Below, one piece after another: positions 1-12,129 of a stretch of DNA of 64,000 nt. The DNA is from Convolutriloba macropyga. Lineage: Eukaryota. Made by a program: the position numbers and the translations under genes. The notes beneath the pieces were generated by a model that was given only the letters and a program-made list of their open reading frames with translations, did no database searches and had not been told where the DNA came from. The first letter of the stretch is position 1, and the number at the start of each line of letters is the position of its first letter. The stretch lies in assembly GCF_964194025.1 (NCBI RefSeq), contig NC_134468.1:34472001-34536000 (forward strand). The letters are read 5' to 3'.

Positions 1-817
1 TATGTCTGGTATCTATGCCGCTTGAGTCAAAAGAGCCGCAAAACCAACGTAATTGCTGTTGGGTTGCTTTACACATAGTTGCTTCTAGCTTAACTTTATA
101 AATTCTTTAGTAGAGAGTGACTCGTGCTTGATTAGTGCTAATTTTATTAGGGCAAATTTCGCAGGGTGCTACTTTGTTGAGAGAATACATCTGATTTGAG
201 ATCATTTTTGAGCAATCAAAGTAGTTAATATGAAGTTTTGGAGCTGTATTTTCATAGATACTCATCTTTTCAATTGGTCTGGCGTCAACGAGAGACGTTA
301 AGAGTAGTAATACAAGAATTATAATAAAGATGAAATACTTTGCATAGCAAGCAGTTATAACACAGAGAAGGGCAAGAGGTATTATAGCAATTAGTTTAAG
401 AAACAGGACAGAACGAATTTGGTTTTCTATGTAGGTTATAAAATATTCTACTTTTGAAAAAAGAGGTTTCTTATCAGTAATTTTTTCTTTAAAGAACTGG
501 TCTATATTCAGTGATAGCGGTGAATGGTTGATAATTCTGGACCATATTTCCGAAATTGATGGCTTGTCAGGAGGCTCTAACGATTTAAGATACGGAATTT
601 CTTCAGGTAAACAATTGTTTCTATTTTTGACACATTCTATGAAGTGTGGGTGAGAATCGGTATATTCAAGGAGTATCTCTATTCTAATTTCGGATTCATT
701 ATCAGTTGCAACAGGCGAGAACATGGTTAAGCAAAGTAACATAAAAAGAAACATTTTGTAACTTACGTTTATTACTTCGTCTATTGTTGGTGACTTTTTG
801 ATTTCTCCGTCTTCCAT
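1..817 (-). pseudogene. Envelope glycoprotein-like ORF (class III, chuvirus G/gB-like N-terminus), one in-frame stop at 107-109, continues off window
   Basis: Hydrophobic segments and an internal signal (IILVLLLLTSLVDA|RP) are followed by YFDCSKM..YSLNKVAPCEICP..ARVTLY*RIYKVKLEATMCKATQQQLRWFCGSFDS, read manually through the stop. The Cys spacing fits the [Y/F]DC..SL...C...Q...C...CG pattern of chuvirus-like glycoproteins. Confidence 0.65.
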
Positions 818-820
818 TTA

Positions 821-1913
821 TTAAACGAATACAGTATAAGGTGCGTCTAGAAAATCAAATTAATATTATCAGTAAAAGTAATCTGATATTTTAGCGCATA
901 AACGTGAGTTGGATTATATGGTACCCAAAAGACGACAAACTTTGCGTTTTTTTCTGATGTTACAAAGAACAAAGAATGCAACTATTCTCTGTTGATTAGA
1001 AACAAAACACTTGTCAAATGTTACAGTTTTATTTCCGAATTTCAATATTTTCTGTAGGAGGAAGATTTTAGTATAAGATAGCGGATCGTATGCAAGGGCA
1101 GTAAGAACTTGTGTTTCAAGGGAAAATGGTAACATAGATTAAGGGTCTACAGTAAAGGGAGCTTCAATGATATCAAGCTTTATTTCGTCTCTATTGTTCA
1201 ATTGAAAATGAAAGCGTTCAATATGTTCTGGTTTATTAGGGGTCCAACAAAAAATAAATTTCTAAGTTTACAAATTGGTCTTTAACGAAGAAAATAACAA
1301 TGTTTTCTTTATATGAAATATACGATCGATAAATTGTGGCTGACTTGTTGTTATACTTTAAAGTTTCATGCGGGATGTTATAAGGGCTGTATGAAGTTGA
1401 GAAAATTGTTCTTGAAGCTATAATCCAATAATCGTTTAGCGGAATATTCATTGATCGGTTGGTTGTTTGAAAACTAAACAAGGGACATCTAAAATGTCTA
1501 AGTCAACTAAACTTGAAGAATGAATTTGGATTAATAAGCTGTTAAGTTGTTGAGGGTTATATTTTCCCCAGAAGACAGCAATAGGATCTTCGTTAGAGTT
1601 AGAATTGGTAGCAAAGAACACTGTAATTCTTACTTCGTTAGAAATTTGACAGCCAGTTAGGGTGTTTAGTTCACTATTGAATTTTAACTTCTGATTTGTT
1701 TTAATCGAAATTTTCACAAGTGTATCAGGGTTGATAAAGAGAAAAATAAGAAAACCGTTTTGGTCGAATGAGACCTTGGTCATAAATTAGGATTGATTAG
1801 CTTTAAGGGGGTTAACTGGTGATGAAGGTGTTAAATATGAGTAGTGTTTGTTAGAAACTTCCTGAATTGTCAGTCCTGTACTATGTTCAATCTGAATGGT
1901 TATGAACTCCTTC
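821..1913 (-). pseudogene. Accessory ORF of three ~105-aa tandem repeats of unknown function (frameshifted)
   Basis: Joining ORFs 1448-1783, 1236-1481 and 914-1135 with intervening frames gives three aligned units: LKFNSE..CQISNEVRITVFF..FWGKYNP..LDILDVP / LKYNNK..SYISYKENIVIFF..KPEH..LDIIEAP / LKFGNK..CFVSNQQRIVAFF..FWVPYNP..DFLDAP. It ends TAA TAA ATG into the env ORF. Confidence 0.75.
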
Positions 1914-2129
1914 TATAGTCACTGACTGAGAATTGAATTGAGATACCTGATTAATATTGAGATACCTTAATTAATATTGAACTGAGATACCTGATATATG
2001 TGTTTTGGAGATCTGTTGTGACAAGTATTTGCTGGTCACAAAATTGAAATGCTTGAAAACTTTGTTAAGTTTTCTAAGTTTATTAGTGGAAAGGGGCAAA
2101 ATGTGAAAGATAGAATTTGGGACAGAGAA

Positions 2130-2132
<3 letters not shown>

Positions 2133-2173
<41 letters not shown>
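2133..2173. repeat. (GA)n microsatellite
   Basis: About 20 perfect GA units. Confidence 0.98.
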
Positions 2174-2175
<2 letters not shown>

Positions 2176-2589
2176 AAGTTAGAGCTGAATTTGAGAGCGG
2201 AAGAAGTAATTGATTTCAGAAAGTAACTGAGAAAAGTGATTTTGATATTGGGTAAGGCTCTTAAATAGTGGTTCTCAGGGTTTAGTTACCAAACTCTGTG
2301 TGCTCAAATATGATTCGCTAATAACTAGCATTGGCTCAAGCCATTTAGCATGGTACTAAACTTGTGATATGGCTAAGATGTTGCGCTAAGTTCTCTATTT
2401 CTGTCATCAAAATTGCGTTTCTTAATAGAATTTGGGCAAAAATTATGTGTTTTTCGACCATTCTTGCAAAATGAAAATGAACAGTGTATCAAGTGTTGTC
2501 TGTCGATAGTAGCTAAGTCAAAAGGTGGCATAACATCAAATTGAATATATCTTATTTTGTCTTTTACTTCATGAAGTTACGAATTCAAC

Positions 2590-2970
2590 CTATAACTAAT
2601 CTTAATACATGGGTGAAAGGTGAAAATTGAATTTCTCTACAACTAAGATAGCAAAAATGATATTTTTTGGGTTGAATGTTGTTTGTGCATCAATAAACTG
2701 TTTGGTAATGAAAGAATCTGCGAAAACTTTGACATCTTTCTAGGGCTTTTTTTGTCTATAGCCAATCTTAATACACGGGGGAAAATTTGATTTGGTCAGT
2801 ACTTTGTGACAAAAGTTTCAAATTTCAGCAAACTTGACAGTGCAATAGAAGTTGTCTAGACACCTTGTTTGAAACAAGAATAAGCGTCAAAAACAGACGT
2901 TTATTTTGAGACTTTCTAGGGCTACCTTTTTCTATTCTATACCCAATCTTAATACATGGTGGAAAGTTAA
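2590..2970. repeat. Three degenerate ~170-180 bp direct repeats in the retroelement non-coding region
   Basis: Core AATCTTAATACA[T/C]GG at ~2598, 2764 and 2945; TTCTAGGGCT precedes the last two. Confidence 0.7.
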
Positions 2971-4171
2971 AAATTGTTGCTGTTCTAAAGCTAAAGCTTC
3001 AGATTTAATAATCGCTAAACTGAACATTGTATGGTCAAGTATTATGTGTATGAGACAGTGGAAAACAATTTGTTTTGAGTTTAACTAATTTTATCTTGGT
3101 TTTTCTAAGCAAAAATGATAATTTCACCATTTTTCAAGTCCTTGTTATAAAATTGTGACAACTTTTTGGACGAAAATGAAAATTCTACTCTGAACACATT
3201 AACTACTTTTACTTTGTATGTTCTACAACGAAATTTCTTTTATCTATCGCGTAAAACATCTAAATGGGAACACTTTAAAGATTTTAAGGTAACGATAAAG
3301 AAAAGTTTCATTTTTTTCTATAAAACTTTTGCGAACTCTCTTTCTTTTCAAAAGTCAGTTTGTATTTCAGGGTTTATCTACTAATCACAGATTTTACTTT
3401 CGAAATCTGAAAGTTTGAACAAAATTGTAATTGCTAATCACAAGCGCGAACAGAAATAAAATCAATAACTTAAACTTTTTTGGGATTTATACTACAGTAT
3501 TTCTAATTTGTGTGTTGTAAACTTTTGTGAACTATTAGAATAAGCATGCATTTGAGCGACTATGTGGTCTGAGTGGATATATTCATCAAGTTATAGCTCT
3601 TTCTGACAGTTGTGTAAGGTTTGCGCTTAGGTGATATGATTCCTACGTGGGGAATTTGCGGTTAGTTAATTGTTCATAAGTACTTTAAACATTGCTTGGG
3701 TCCCTAAGCTAGTAAGGTTAGCTCTTATCTATTTGGGCTGCCTTAATGTGTTTTTCCTTTAGCTTTGCTTTGGGTAACATGTGTTTTCAAGGGTTGTACA
3801 TGTATAGAAGTTATGTGTGTGTAACAGCTTGCAATGGTGATTAATCGCGTACTTTGTGTAAGATTTGTGGCTATTTGCTTTTTGCCTTTAACTCTTGTTG
3901 ACTATAGTTGATTTCTCTTACATAGTAAATTCTAAGCTTTATTTCGTTCTTGACCATTAATTCCATTTTCACTCTTTATTTCTTTTAACTTGTATTTTTT
4001 TCTTTTAGTTTCTTTCATAATCTTAGTTCCTTAATTTTTTTCGTCTATTTGTATCTTCTTAACTTTCTTTCTGTAATTCCTTAATCTTTCTGATTTTACA
4101 ATCATGAATTGGTACACCGTTAATTATCTGCGGGCAAATGAGGAAAATGTGGATGCTCTGAATTCTGCCCG

Positions 4172-4876
4172 ATGGAGCGTTGCTGTGCGGGGGTTAGAAT
4201 TTTGAGTGAAGCGCTTGAGGGAGCTCGGAGGGAGCATTATCTAAACTTCCTCTATTCCGATGTTGAAGGACTAGGCGCAGAGGATTTCCTGTTCTTCTTT
4301 TCCGAGAGCCACAGGGTTTCATCATTGGTGTTAACTGATGATGAAATTGATGGGATACTCCGGGCGAGAGTGAGTTTTTCGCTTTGGGAGAGGAGATTCA
4401 CCCAATGCGTGTCAGAAGACACGCATGAGATGATCAAATTCTTTCTGGGGGATGATGTGAGTTTACTTTATTATTTTTTTGTAATTTTTAATTTCTGTGT
4501 TATAAACTCTAAATGACAATTTTTATTTGGTTATTTGAGGCTTTCGTCCGATAAAAGAAATATAATGTTATAGGATATAGTGCGTAAGAATGAGTTTGAG
4601 TGGGTAAATTTAAGGGGCATTTGTTGGTTTTAGTTCTTCACAAATTTGTACGCAAGGCGAAGGAATGAGGGGGTCGACGAGTGGTGGGACAGGCAAGTGC
4701 TGTTCGAAACACGCTCGTGGGCGTTGCAAAGGGCCTGGTGGGATCTGCAAGTGGGGCCGATATTGCAGGACTGCTATTTGCAATTGAAAGGGTGGAAATA
4801 TGCTAAATGTTTAGCATTCGAAGAGGAGACTCTAATGTGCCGTGTGATTAGGGGACTTTCGGAAAAAATTTTCTGA
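4172..4876 (+). CDS. Antisense two-exon gene of unknown function (exons 4172-4456, 4634-4876; a possible older start at 4104 is frameshifted)
   Basis: A GTGAGT donor at 4457 and a TTTTAG acceptor ending 4633 join ORFs 4172 and 4646 in phase 0 (..KFFLGDD|FFTNLYARRR..). Exons are GC-richer than the AT-rich 177-nt intron. Confidence 0.65.
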
Positions 4877-5169
4877 GCTGCTGAGCAAAATTTCTATTGG
4901 TTTGTGCGTTTATATATCTTTTTGTATATTTCAACTTTACTATTTTTATTGTTTTCTTGAGCGCGGTGGCGCTTTTTAATATAAAAGGTATTATTTGAAA
5001 GAGATTTTTGTCTCTATTTCTTTTTGAGTTTATGTAGCAGGTCAAAAGGAGTAAGTTCACCAAAGAATGTAGGTGCTTTTCTATTACGCTGAGGTCTGCT
5101 CAATACTTCGTTTGCGTATGGTAAAATAGATATATTAGGTGAAGCTGTAGGTGTAGAACTATAAGATAA

Positions 5170-6965
5170 TCATGTGGGGCTACTATGCGTTGCTTGGGGG
5201 AATAATTTGCGTGTAGCTTTAAATTTGCTAGTGTTATCAGATGGGGTAGAAAATTTTTCTTGCTGTGGGCTATTAGGTGAATACATATTTTGCATAGGGT
5301 AGGGGTTGAAATGCGTGGGTAGAAAATTAGAAGAGCTTGTGCCTTGAATATGTGTAGTGTTATCTACTCGTGTTTGTAGCGATTCTAAGCCTGAATCTTT
5401 TGTTGGGGTAGCCTCAACGTTAAATGTTGGCTGTAGTGTATTACTAGGATTAACAGTATGTTGTGTTTCTACTAAGGGCCACTGCGAAATAGCAATATGT
5501 TGTGCGCTTCTTTGAGCTTTAGATCTGGCTATATTACGCTTATTATATTGAGTATAATAATCATAAGTGTCGTCTGGAACTATATAGTTCAAAACTAACT
5601 CTTGTATTTTCTCTTCTTTCGGGTAATAAGGTACTATATGATTTCTATGCACGGTTTTCTTCTCATTTGTTTTATCATGTTGTATTTCATACGTACTGTT
5701 AGTTAGCATTCGTTCCACTGTTTAAGGGCCTGAGCGTAGCTCTTGTAGCTTTTTAGACTTTAGTAGTCCTTTAGGGTGATTTTCTAATAATACTTTGCTA
5801 CCTTCAGGTGTAGGCTTTCCTAGTTTAAATCTATTTCTATTCTTGTGTGCTTTATTCGTAGTTTGTCTACATTTAGTGTAGGTATTCGAATATATGGTTT
5901 TAAACGTATTCTCTCGCTTCAACATTTCGTTAGATAATCTGTTTTGTAGTAATTTCTCTATCTTTTTGTTATTACAAGTTTCTTCACTATGCGAGTGTGG
6001 TGGTAGATTACTACAATACTCTGATGTGCATTTCTTTTGATTATCTTGTATTAGTCCTAGCTTTAGTGATAAGGGTATTTGCGGTTTCGTTCCGAATAGT
6101 ATTTCATAAGGGGTATATCCTAAACTGTAGTTTACTGCGGTACTGTGTAAAAATGCAAATTTACTAGAGTTCTCGGACAGTTAGATGACTTTTACTAATA
6201 AAATGTCTTAGGTAATTAGTTAAATGTTTATTTTGTACTTCTACTTTGCCGTTAGTCCATGGTGAATATGCCGTTCGGGGGCATAGTGTAATTCCTATTT
6301 CGTTTGTATAGTGAACAAAATCATTACTAATAAAAGCTTTGCCGTTACATGTACTATTTGTTGCGGTATACCAAATATAGTTATAAATTTCTCTAGTTGA
6401 TTTACTGTTTCGAGAGCTTCAGCATTCTTGCTAGGGTATACTTGTATAAATCTAGTGAAAGCATCTAATATTACCGGGCAAATTCTATTTCATTTACTAA
6501 GTGGTCGTTGTGGACCTTTTTGATCAATATGAGGTGTATGTAGGGTATAGCTTCTAATTGTCCCCATGGTTCTAAGGGTGCTTCGTTCAAATCTTTGCAT
6601 GCTGACTTATTAGTTTGGCAACTTAAGCAATCTAAAATTAACATTTCAGTCCATTTAAACATACTGGACCAATAGAAATATCGCTTAACTCTATTATAAG
6701 TTGTGCTTTCTGCTCTGTGACCACTAAGTTCATGCGTATGTGCGACTTCGAATATCTTTATAAATAATAAAAGCGCTGCACATATCCTAACGTCAAAAGA
6801 GCCGTCTTCGCAAGGTTCGGAATAACAGAGTAAATCATATTGACTCTCTAGAAACAACAAGTTGGATTTATTTCTATAAGTTTGTAATGCTTCAGATTGT
6901 TTAATAATGTAGTCCTTTTCTGGATCTTTGCCTACTTTTAACCAATCTCTAACTTTATCTATCAC
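5170..6965 (-). pseudogene. Gypsy integrase (H2C2 zinc finger, DDE core, GPY/F C-terminal region), frameshifted
   Basis: AHTHELSGH...CLSC zinc finger. Core fragments DAFTRFIQVYP and RTAYSPWTNGKVE lie in shifted frames at ~6200-6470. C-terminal LRSGP*TVERMLTNSTYEI..VHRNHIVPY. Confidence 0.93.
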
Positions 6966-7265
6966 GGAGTCGTTTATTTGTTCTTCAAGAATATTATCAG
7001 TGTCAAGATTAGCGTTTTTCGCAAAATCTGTAACTTTAGCTATTAAATCTAATGTATCTGTGTGGACATCTTTTTCTGAGATGTTTTGATAAGCTTCCAG
7101 TAAAATAAGTTTCTTAAATTATGTACGTCTATAATAGTCGGCTTTAGCAGATTCTAATTGTTCAATAAGTGAGTTTTCAATACTACCTTCTACTAAGTCT
7201 AACCAATCTTGATCGTCGTAACCTTCTCGACCACCGCTTATTTCAGCTTTTTCTTCTATCTCGGA

Positions 7266-9080
7266 TTAGTAGTGATTGTCATACTCACTAGTTAGTTCTG
7301 AAGTTAATTTCTTTATTTGAATTATTTGTGTGCCGTAGCGAAAACAATCAGAAAAACTGTGTATAGCATTACAATGCTCATCTATGTAGTCTGGTGAATC
7401 ATATTCACTAAAGTCACCTTCATCGTTAATATTAATTAATTTCTTTCTTTCGTCTTTGTCCTGAGCAATAATTGGATAACAGTCGTTAGCTGTTGCGTCC
7501 TTGTCGTCTTGATGCAATACAGAATAGTTAATTTCTTTTCCGTTAATTTGAAACCTTATATCTTTAGGTATTTCTTTGTGCTCTAGCTGGTAAAGTTTAG
7601 CATCTGCTAAAGTAACGTTTCGGCTAAGAATGTCAGTGTATATAATTTGCAAGTTTTGGAACATAGTTATTACAACTTGATACTTAAAGAAACGATTTGA
7701 CATTTGTCCTCGTCGTGACCAAAGAAATAGAATTCTTCTGTGATCACAATATAGATAAATTGGAAAAGGGGATACAATAACATAAAATTCATATGATTGT
7801 AATGCAGATATTATTCCGCATAGCTCTCTATGTTGAGGGGACATCTTTTGTTCAGCCTCAACAAATACCATCGAGTTTGCTGAAATCATACGTTTGCTAT
7901 CAGGAAAATCTTGTATAAGAACACAACCTGTTCCTAAGTTAGATGAATCAGCATGTATAAGAAAGGGATAGTCATTAGAGGGAAATGCGTTAGAAATGTC
8001 GTGACAGAATCTTTGTTTAAGGTGTGTGAATACCTTTTCGTGTTCAGGTAACCACTTGAATAATGTTGTATCTTTAGTTAAGTCATATAGAGGTTTTGCA
8101 TCTATGTGAAAGTTCAAAATATTGGTGTGATAGAAACCCATCATTCTTAAAACTCTTGAAATTTCGGTTTTTGATTCTGGCGTTTTTAGGTTTCTAATAC
8201 CCTCTATGCGCGAAGCAATAGGCGATAGTCCGTCTTTAGATATAAGGTGTCCTAGAAATCTCACTTTTCGTAAGAAAATCACTGTTTTGTCGGGGCTGCT
8301 TTAAGGTTTGCCTTTCGAAGCAAAGAGTGATACTCTTTTACTATTGTGAACTTTTCTTTTTATCTTTAGCTTGTAATAATGTATCGTCTATGTATGTTAT
8401 GGCTTGTTTACGTTTTATAAGTGGTCCAAATGCATAACGCATAAGTTTGCTGAAGAAACTGGGTAATGGCTAAAGACCATAAAATCCTAATTGATAAGTG
8501 TACAGTCTGCCTCCTACAATAAAACTTGTAACCTTCTGTGTATCTTCTGTTAGTGGTACTTGATTATAAGTTGATGATAAATCACTACTTGTAAAAATCG
8601 TTCCGGTTATTCTTGTCATTAGAACGTTTAGTGGTTCAAGTGGCCAAATAGAATTACTTATATCAGTTATAGAGTTTAGGTATCTAGCATCAATGACTAG
8701 GTTTACATAATCCTTCTTAGGTAATATGATAACGGGATTGACAAACCAACTATTCATATCATCGTTCTCATTGAGCTCTCTGATTATTCCCGCTTGAATT
8801 AATTCATCCATTAATTTTTTCTAATTTATCTCTGAGATGAATGGGTATTTTGCTAGGTTGTTGCTTTTTAAAGGTAGCGTCTTTCTTTAGGGGTAAATGA
8901 AACTTATGTGTAGTTCTGCCAATATTTTACTTATGATGTGAATAGACATCATTATACTGAAGTATTATTTCTATCAACTCAAGCAATTCATCATCAGTCA
9001 GAGCACTTTGTGTGAAATCAAAATTATCTAAGAACTTTTCTAGATATTCTATGTCTTGGACTATATGTCTATTTTGTTGA
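7266..9080 (-). pseudogene. Gypsy reverse transcriptase and RNase H, frameshifted
   Basis: RT motifs NPVIILPKK..LVIDARYLN, DLSSTYNQVPL, ITYIDD (~8383-8400) and VRFLGH. RNase H motifs IHADSS..G.GCVL, RELCGI and YCDHR. Confidence 0.96.
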
Positions 9081-9081
9081 A

Positions 9082-9790
9082 TTACAAAATCACTAACCGC
9101 TTTTTTATGAATCGGTTGCTTTGTAGTTTATCTCTAAATTTATGAAACTGGTCATTGACTCTAGGTCTACATATTTCTTTGGCCTCGGTAGAGAAGTCTG
9201 TGGCTAATTCTCTCTCATCTTCTTTGCATTTTTCTATTAACTCACTTTCAATAACTTCGAGCACCTCTCTCTGTTCTAGTGTATTGGTTTCTACGTTTTG
9301 TAGTTTATCAATATCATCTTTGCTTGTATACACATAGATAGTTATTCCTGAGTTCTTAAATGTTTGTTCAATTAGAGAAGATATCTCTCTCCAATCCATT
9401 CCGTCTAAACCACAAGCTGTTTTTGGCATCGCTATAAAGCGTAAACTTAGTCCTAGTGCGTGATCTCTCATAGCAAGTAGCGTTGTTTTGATTTTATCAG
9501 TTGTTGGCTTCCCATAAAGAGTAGCCTTAGTGATGAGATTATAAACTAGGTTATTATCTGCTCTGAAAGTTATTATGTCACCTATATCACAGTTCCTACT
9601 TTTACAGTAGTCCTTTAATAAGGGTATTCTTTTGGAGATTGTGTTAGCAAAAGCTTTTTTCATTTCTGCATCTGAGGATATTTTGTGCGCTATAGGCATA
9701 TTAGAATCAAATATAGATTGGGTACGAAAATCTACATATCTAATGCAAGACTTAGTTTGAATTTGCTGTCCTTCAATAAATCCGTCGTTT
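9082..9790 (-). CDS. TARG1/OARD1 (Poa1p-like) macrodomain segment of Pol (domain ~9325-9744)
   Basis: IAHKISSDAEM..A, VYNLITK...KPT, AMRDH, IAMPKTACGLDGMDW and F..SGITIYVY match the human TARG1 motifs (LAHCISEDCRM, YYLITK..KPT, MPRIGCGLDRLQW, ITVY). It is contiguous, via one frameshift, with the RT N-terminus. Confidence 0.92.
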
Positions 9791-11619
9791 TTGTTGAAGA
9801 ATTTCACCAGTTCTTTGTAAACTTAAAACAATCATTCTCCAAAATACAACAATTACTTTTGATACACTGGGATTTTTGTTGCAAATTTTTGAATTCGATG
9901 ACACTTGAAACATTTTCTTGTTATGAATGAATTCTCATCAATATCAGGGCTAGTTCCGATCTCAACGTTTTTCTTTTGAGAATCAAAAACTTTTTTTTTC
10001 AAAAAAAATCAAAAAATTTTGGTAAATTTTTCTTTTTTCTCTTTCAGTACTTATTACAGACCTATCAACATTGCAGTGCATTACAGACCTATTACAGTAC
10101 TATCAAAGGTCCTATTTAAGTAAAATTGATCCCAAATGGTATAAGTGATCCTATATCATGCTTTCATTGGGCACGTAGTGGTTCTCTTGACTTTGAATAA
10201 AGATCACTAGAAGAAATCTTAGTGAATTTTGAGCTCTGCCACTTAATTCTTAATTCTTTTTGCTTTTAAATGAATCCTCGTAAACACAGATTGCATTTTT
10301 TCTTAGAGAATGAAAATGATTATTTCTAGTGCTTAGAGCTTTTAATTATTGGTTTCGTGCTTTTGATACCACGAGTTTTCATAAAATTTTTTGAATTCTG
10401 GAATTTTATCCAATTTTGAGTTTAATTTACGCTGTATTTGCCGATAATTATAACCATAACAAGTGTTAGATTATTGCTCATAGTTTGCATGCATGCTAAC
10501 AAATTTCTCGCTAACTTCTTTTTATAATAAATAAGCAAAAAACATCTATGGTGTAGGCGAAATTGAAGTAGGCAAAATTCAAGTAGGCGAAATTGAATTC
10601 AATCAGAGTAGCAAAAATTGTTGAAAAATATTCAACTACATTTTGTACCTGATCCAACGATCAATTTGATTACCATTGAATAATGTAAGAAACTGTTTAA
10701 AAACTCAATTGATTCAAAGTACTAAAATAGCTTAAAAATTGAGAAAAAATTAATGCTGCCAAAATTATCATTCGATTAATAATACAAACAAGAAGGCTCA
10801 AAATAACAAGATAAGAAAAAATTTGCAAGCTTTTAAAAGCCATGAGCGTTTTTTGAAGCAAGCAATCAGCCAAAAATATGAAAAAAGTGGACAAAAAAGG
10901 AAAACTCTAAACTGTGAACATATATTTATCAAAAACTCTAAACTGTGAAAACTCTAAACTGTGAACAGATCTACCAAAAAACCTGACATCATACCCCCGT
11001 CAGCCTATTTATAACATCGTCAACGGGTGGGAGAAGAGTTTAATCAATTCAGTGATTGTGTTCATGAACGAAGATCTCTGCTTTGTGAACAGAATCGCCA
11101 TCCAGTTACAGAAAAATATCAGAATCAGCATCACCCAATGTTGAGTTACCCGAACTGCTCTATCCTGTTTCAGAAACCCCCCCCCCTCCCTCCGCGTTTT
11201 ATGATTTATCCGGTGGCTCTATGATGGGGGCTCCATCCTGTTTCTGATCACCAGTGTTTTCATAACCCCCTAAACGGTTTTCCTTTTTCCAATACTTCTC
11301 CCAAACTGGAAAACGTCCTCCGGGGTGATACTGAACACTTTCCATCATCAAACTTTGTCCCAGCCGAGACACAAGACCACTGCAGCTGCACCCATCTTTG
11401 ACATGGCAACTGCTCATGTTGAATACAGGTGTTCACAACATTCGACAGAGCACAAACTTAAAATTATAGTGTTTTTTTTTTCGGGCTTAGTTGTGTGTAT
11501 AGTAGTAGTAACAGAGTACAACAGGGTTTTTGATTTGTTATTGATGGCTTCACAAAGTGTGCAGATTGTCGCGTGATCAAGTAGCGTCAACTCAACAAAA
11601 GGGGTCAGAGGAAGCTGTA

Positions 11620-11825
11620 CCCGGGTTGACAAAAAGTTTTAATCATAGAACTTTCATATTATGGACCATTGACTTCATAAATCAAAAAAGTTTTAAAAGA
11701 TTGGTAAGACTATAACTTTCCCATAAATGAAAGTTCTATGACTAAAACTTTTCCATAAATGGAAGTTTCATGACTACAACTTCTCCATAATATGGAAGTT
11801 TTATGAATACTACTTCTCCATAACA
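11620..11825. repeat. Left TIR plus subterminal quasi-palindromic repeats (AAGTT-TATGACTA-AACTT-like)
   Basis: About 5 degenerate copies, e.g. aaagttctatgactaaaacttt and gaagtttcatgactacaacttc. Confidence 0.85.
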
Positions 11826-12129
11826 ACAGAAAGGAGGCATTTAAAGAGTCTTGGTTTTTTCGTGAGTCCTCATGAGCTTCTTAAACTACAAGGGAAAACA
11901 GTTTTGACTGTTTTTCTTGCAGAATAAGCAAAAATGGAGGCTCTTTTTTTTCCAAGACATGATATATAGCTAAAATCTAAAATCCCGGATAAGCCAGGAA
12001 CATTATAGAACATCATAGAAGAAAGAAACAACGCACAATTAAAATACAGCACATGGGAGAAGGTGCCTGTAAGGGCACAAAGGGATGGACATTTAACAAA
12101 AAATCGGTTTTTTTTTTTAAAAAAAATTT

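Larger units (their letters stand above)
1..9790 (-). mobile_element. Decayed Ty3/Gypsy LTR retroelement (retrovirus-like) with macrodomain-RT-RNaseH-IN pol, accessory ORFs and env-like gene; gag/protease/5' LTR not seen, 3' end outside window
   Basis: The RT-RH-IN order on the minus strand (9080 to 5170) is the Gypsy order. Many stops and frameshifts. Strand composition is uniform from pol down to position 1. Coding signal stops abruptly near 9790. Inclusion of 1-5100 in the element is inferred. Confidence 0.85.

Noticed and set aside
9790-10980. Gag/protease or LTR of the Gypsy element
   Set aside because: No coding motifs. Only short repeats (GTAGGCGAAATT x3, AAAACTCTAAACTGTGAA x3) are seen, suggesting unrelated insertions whose ends I could not define.
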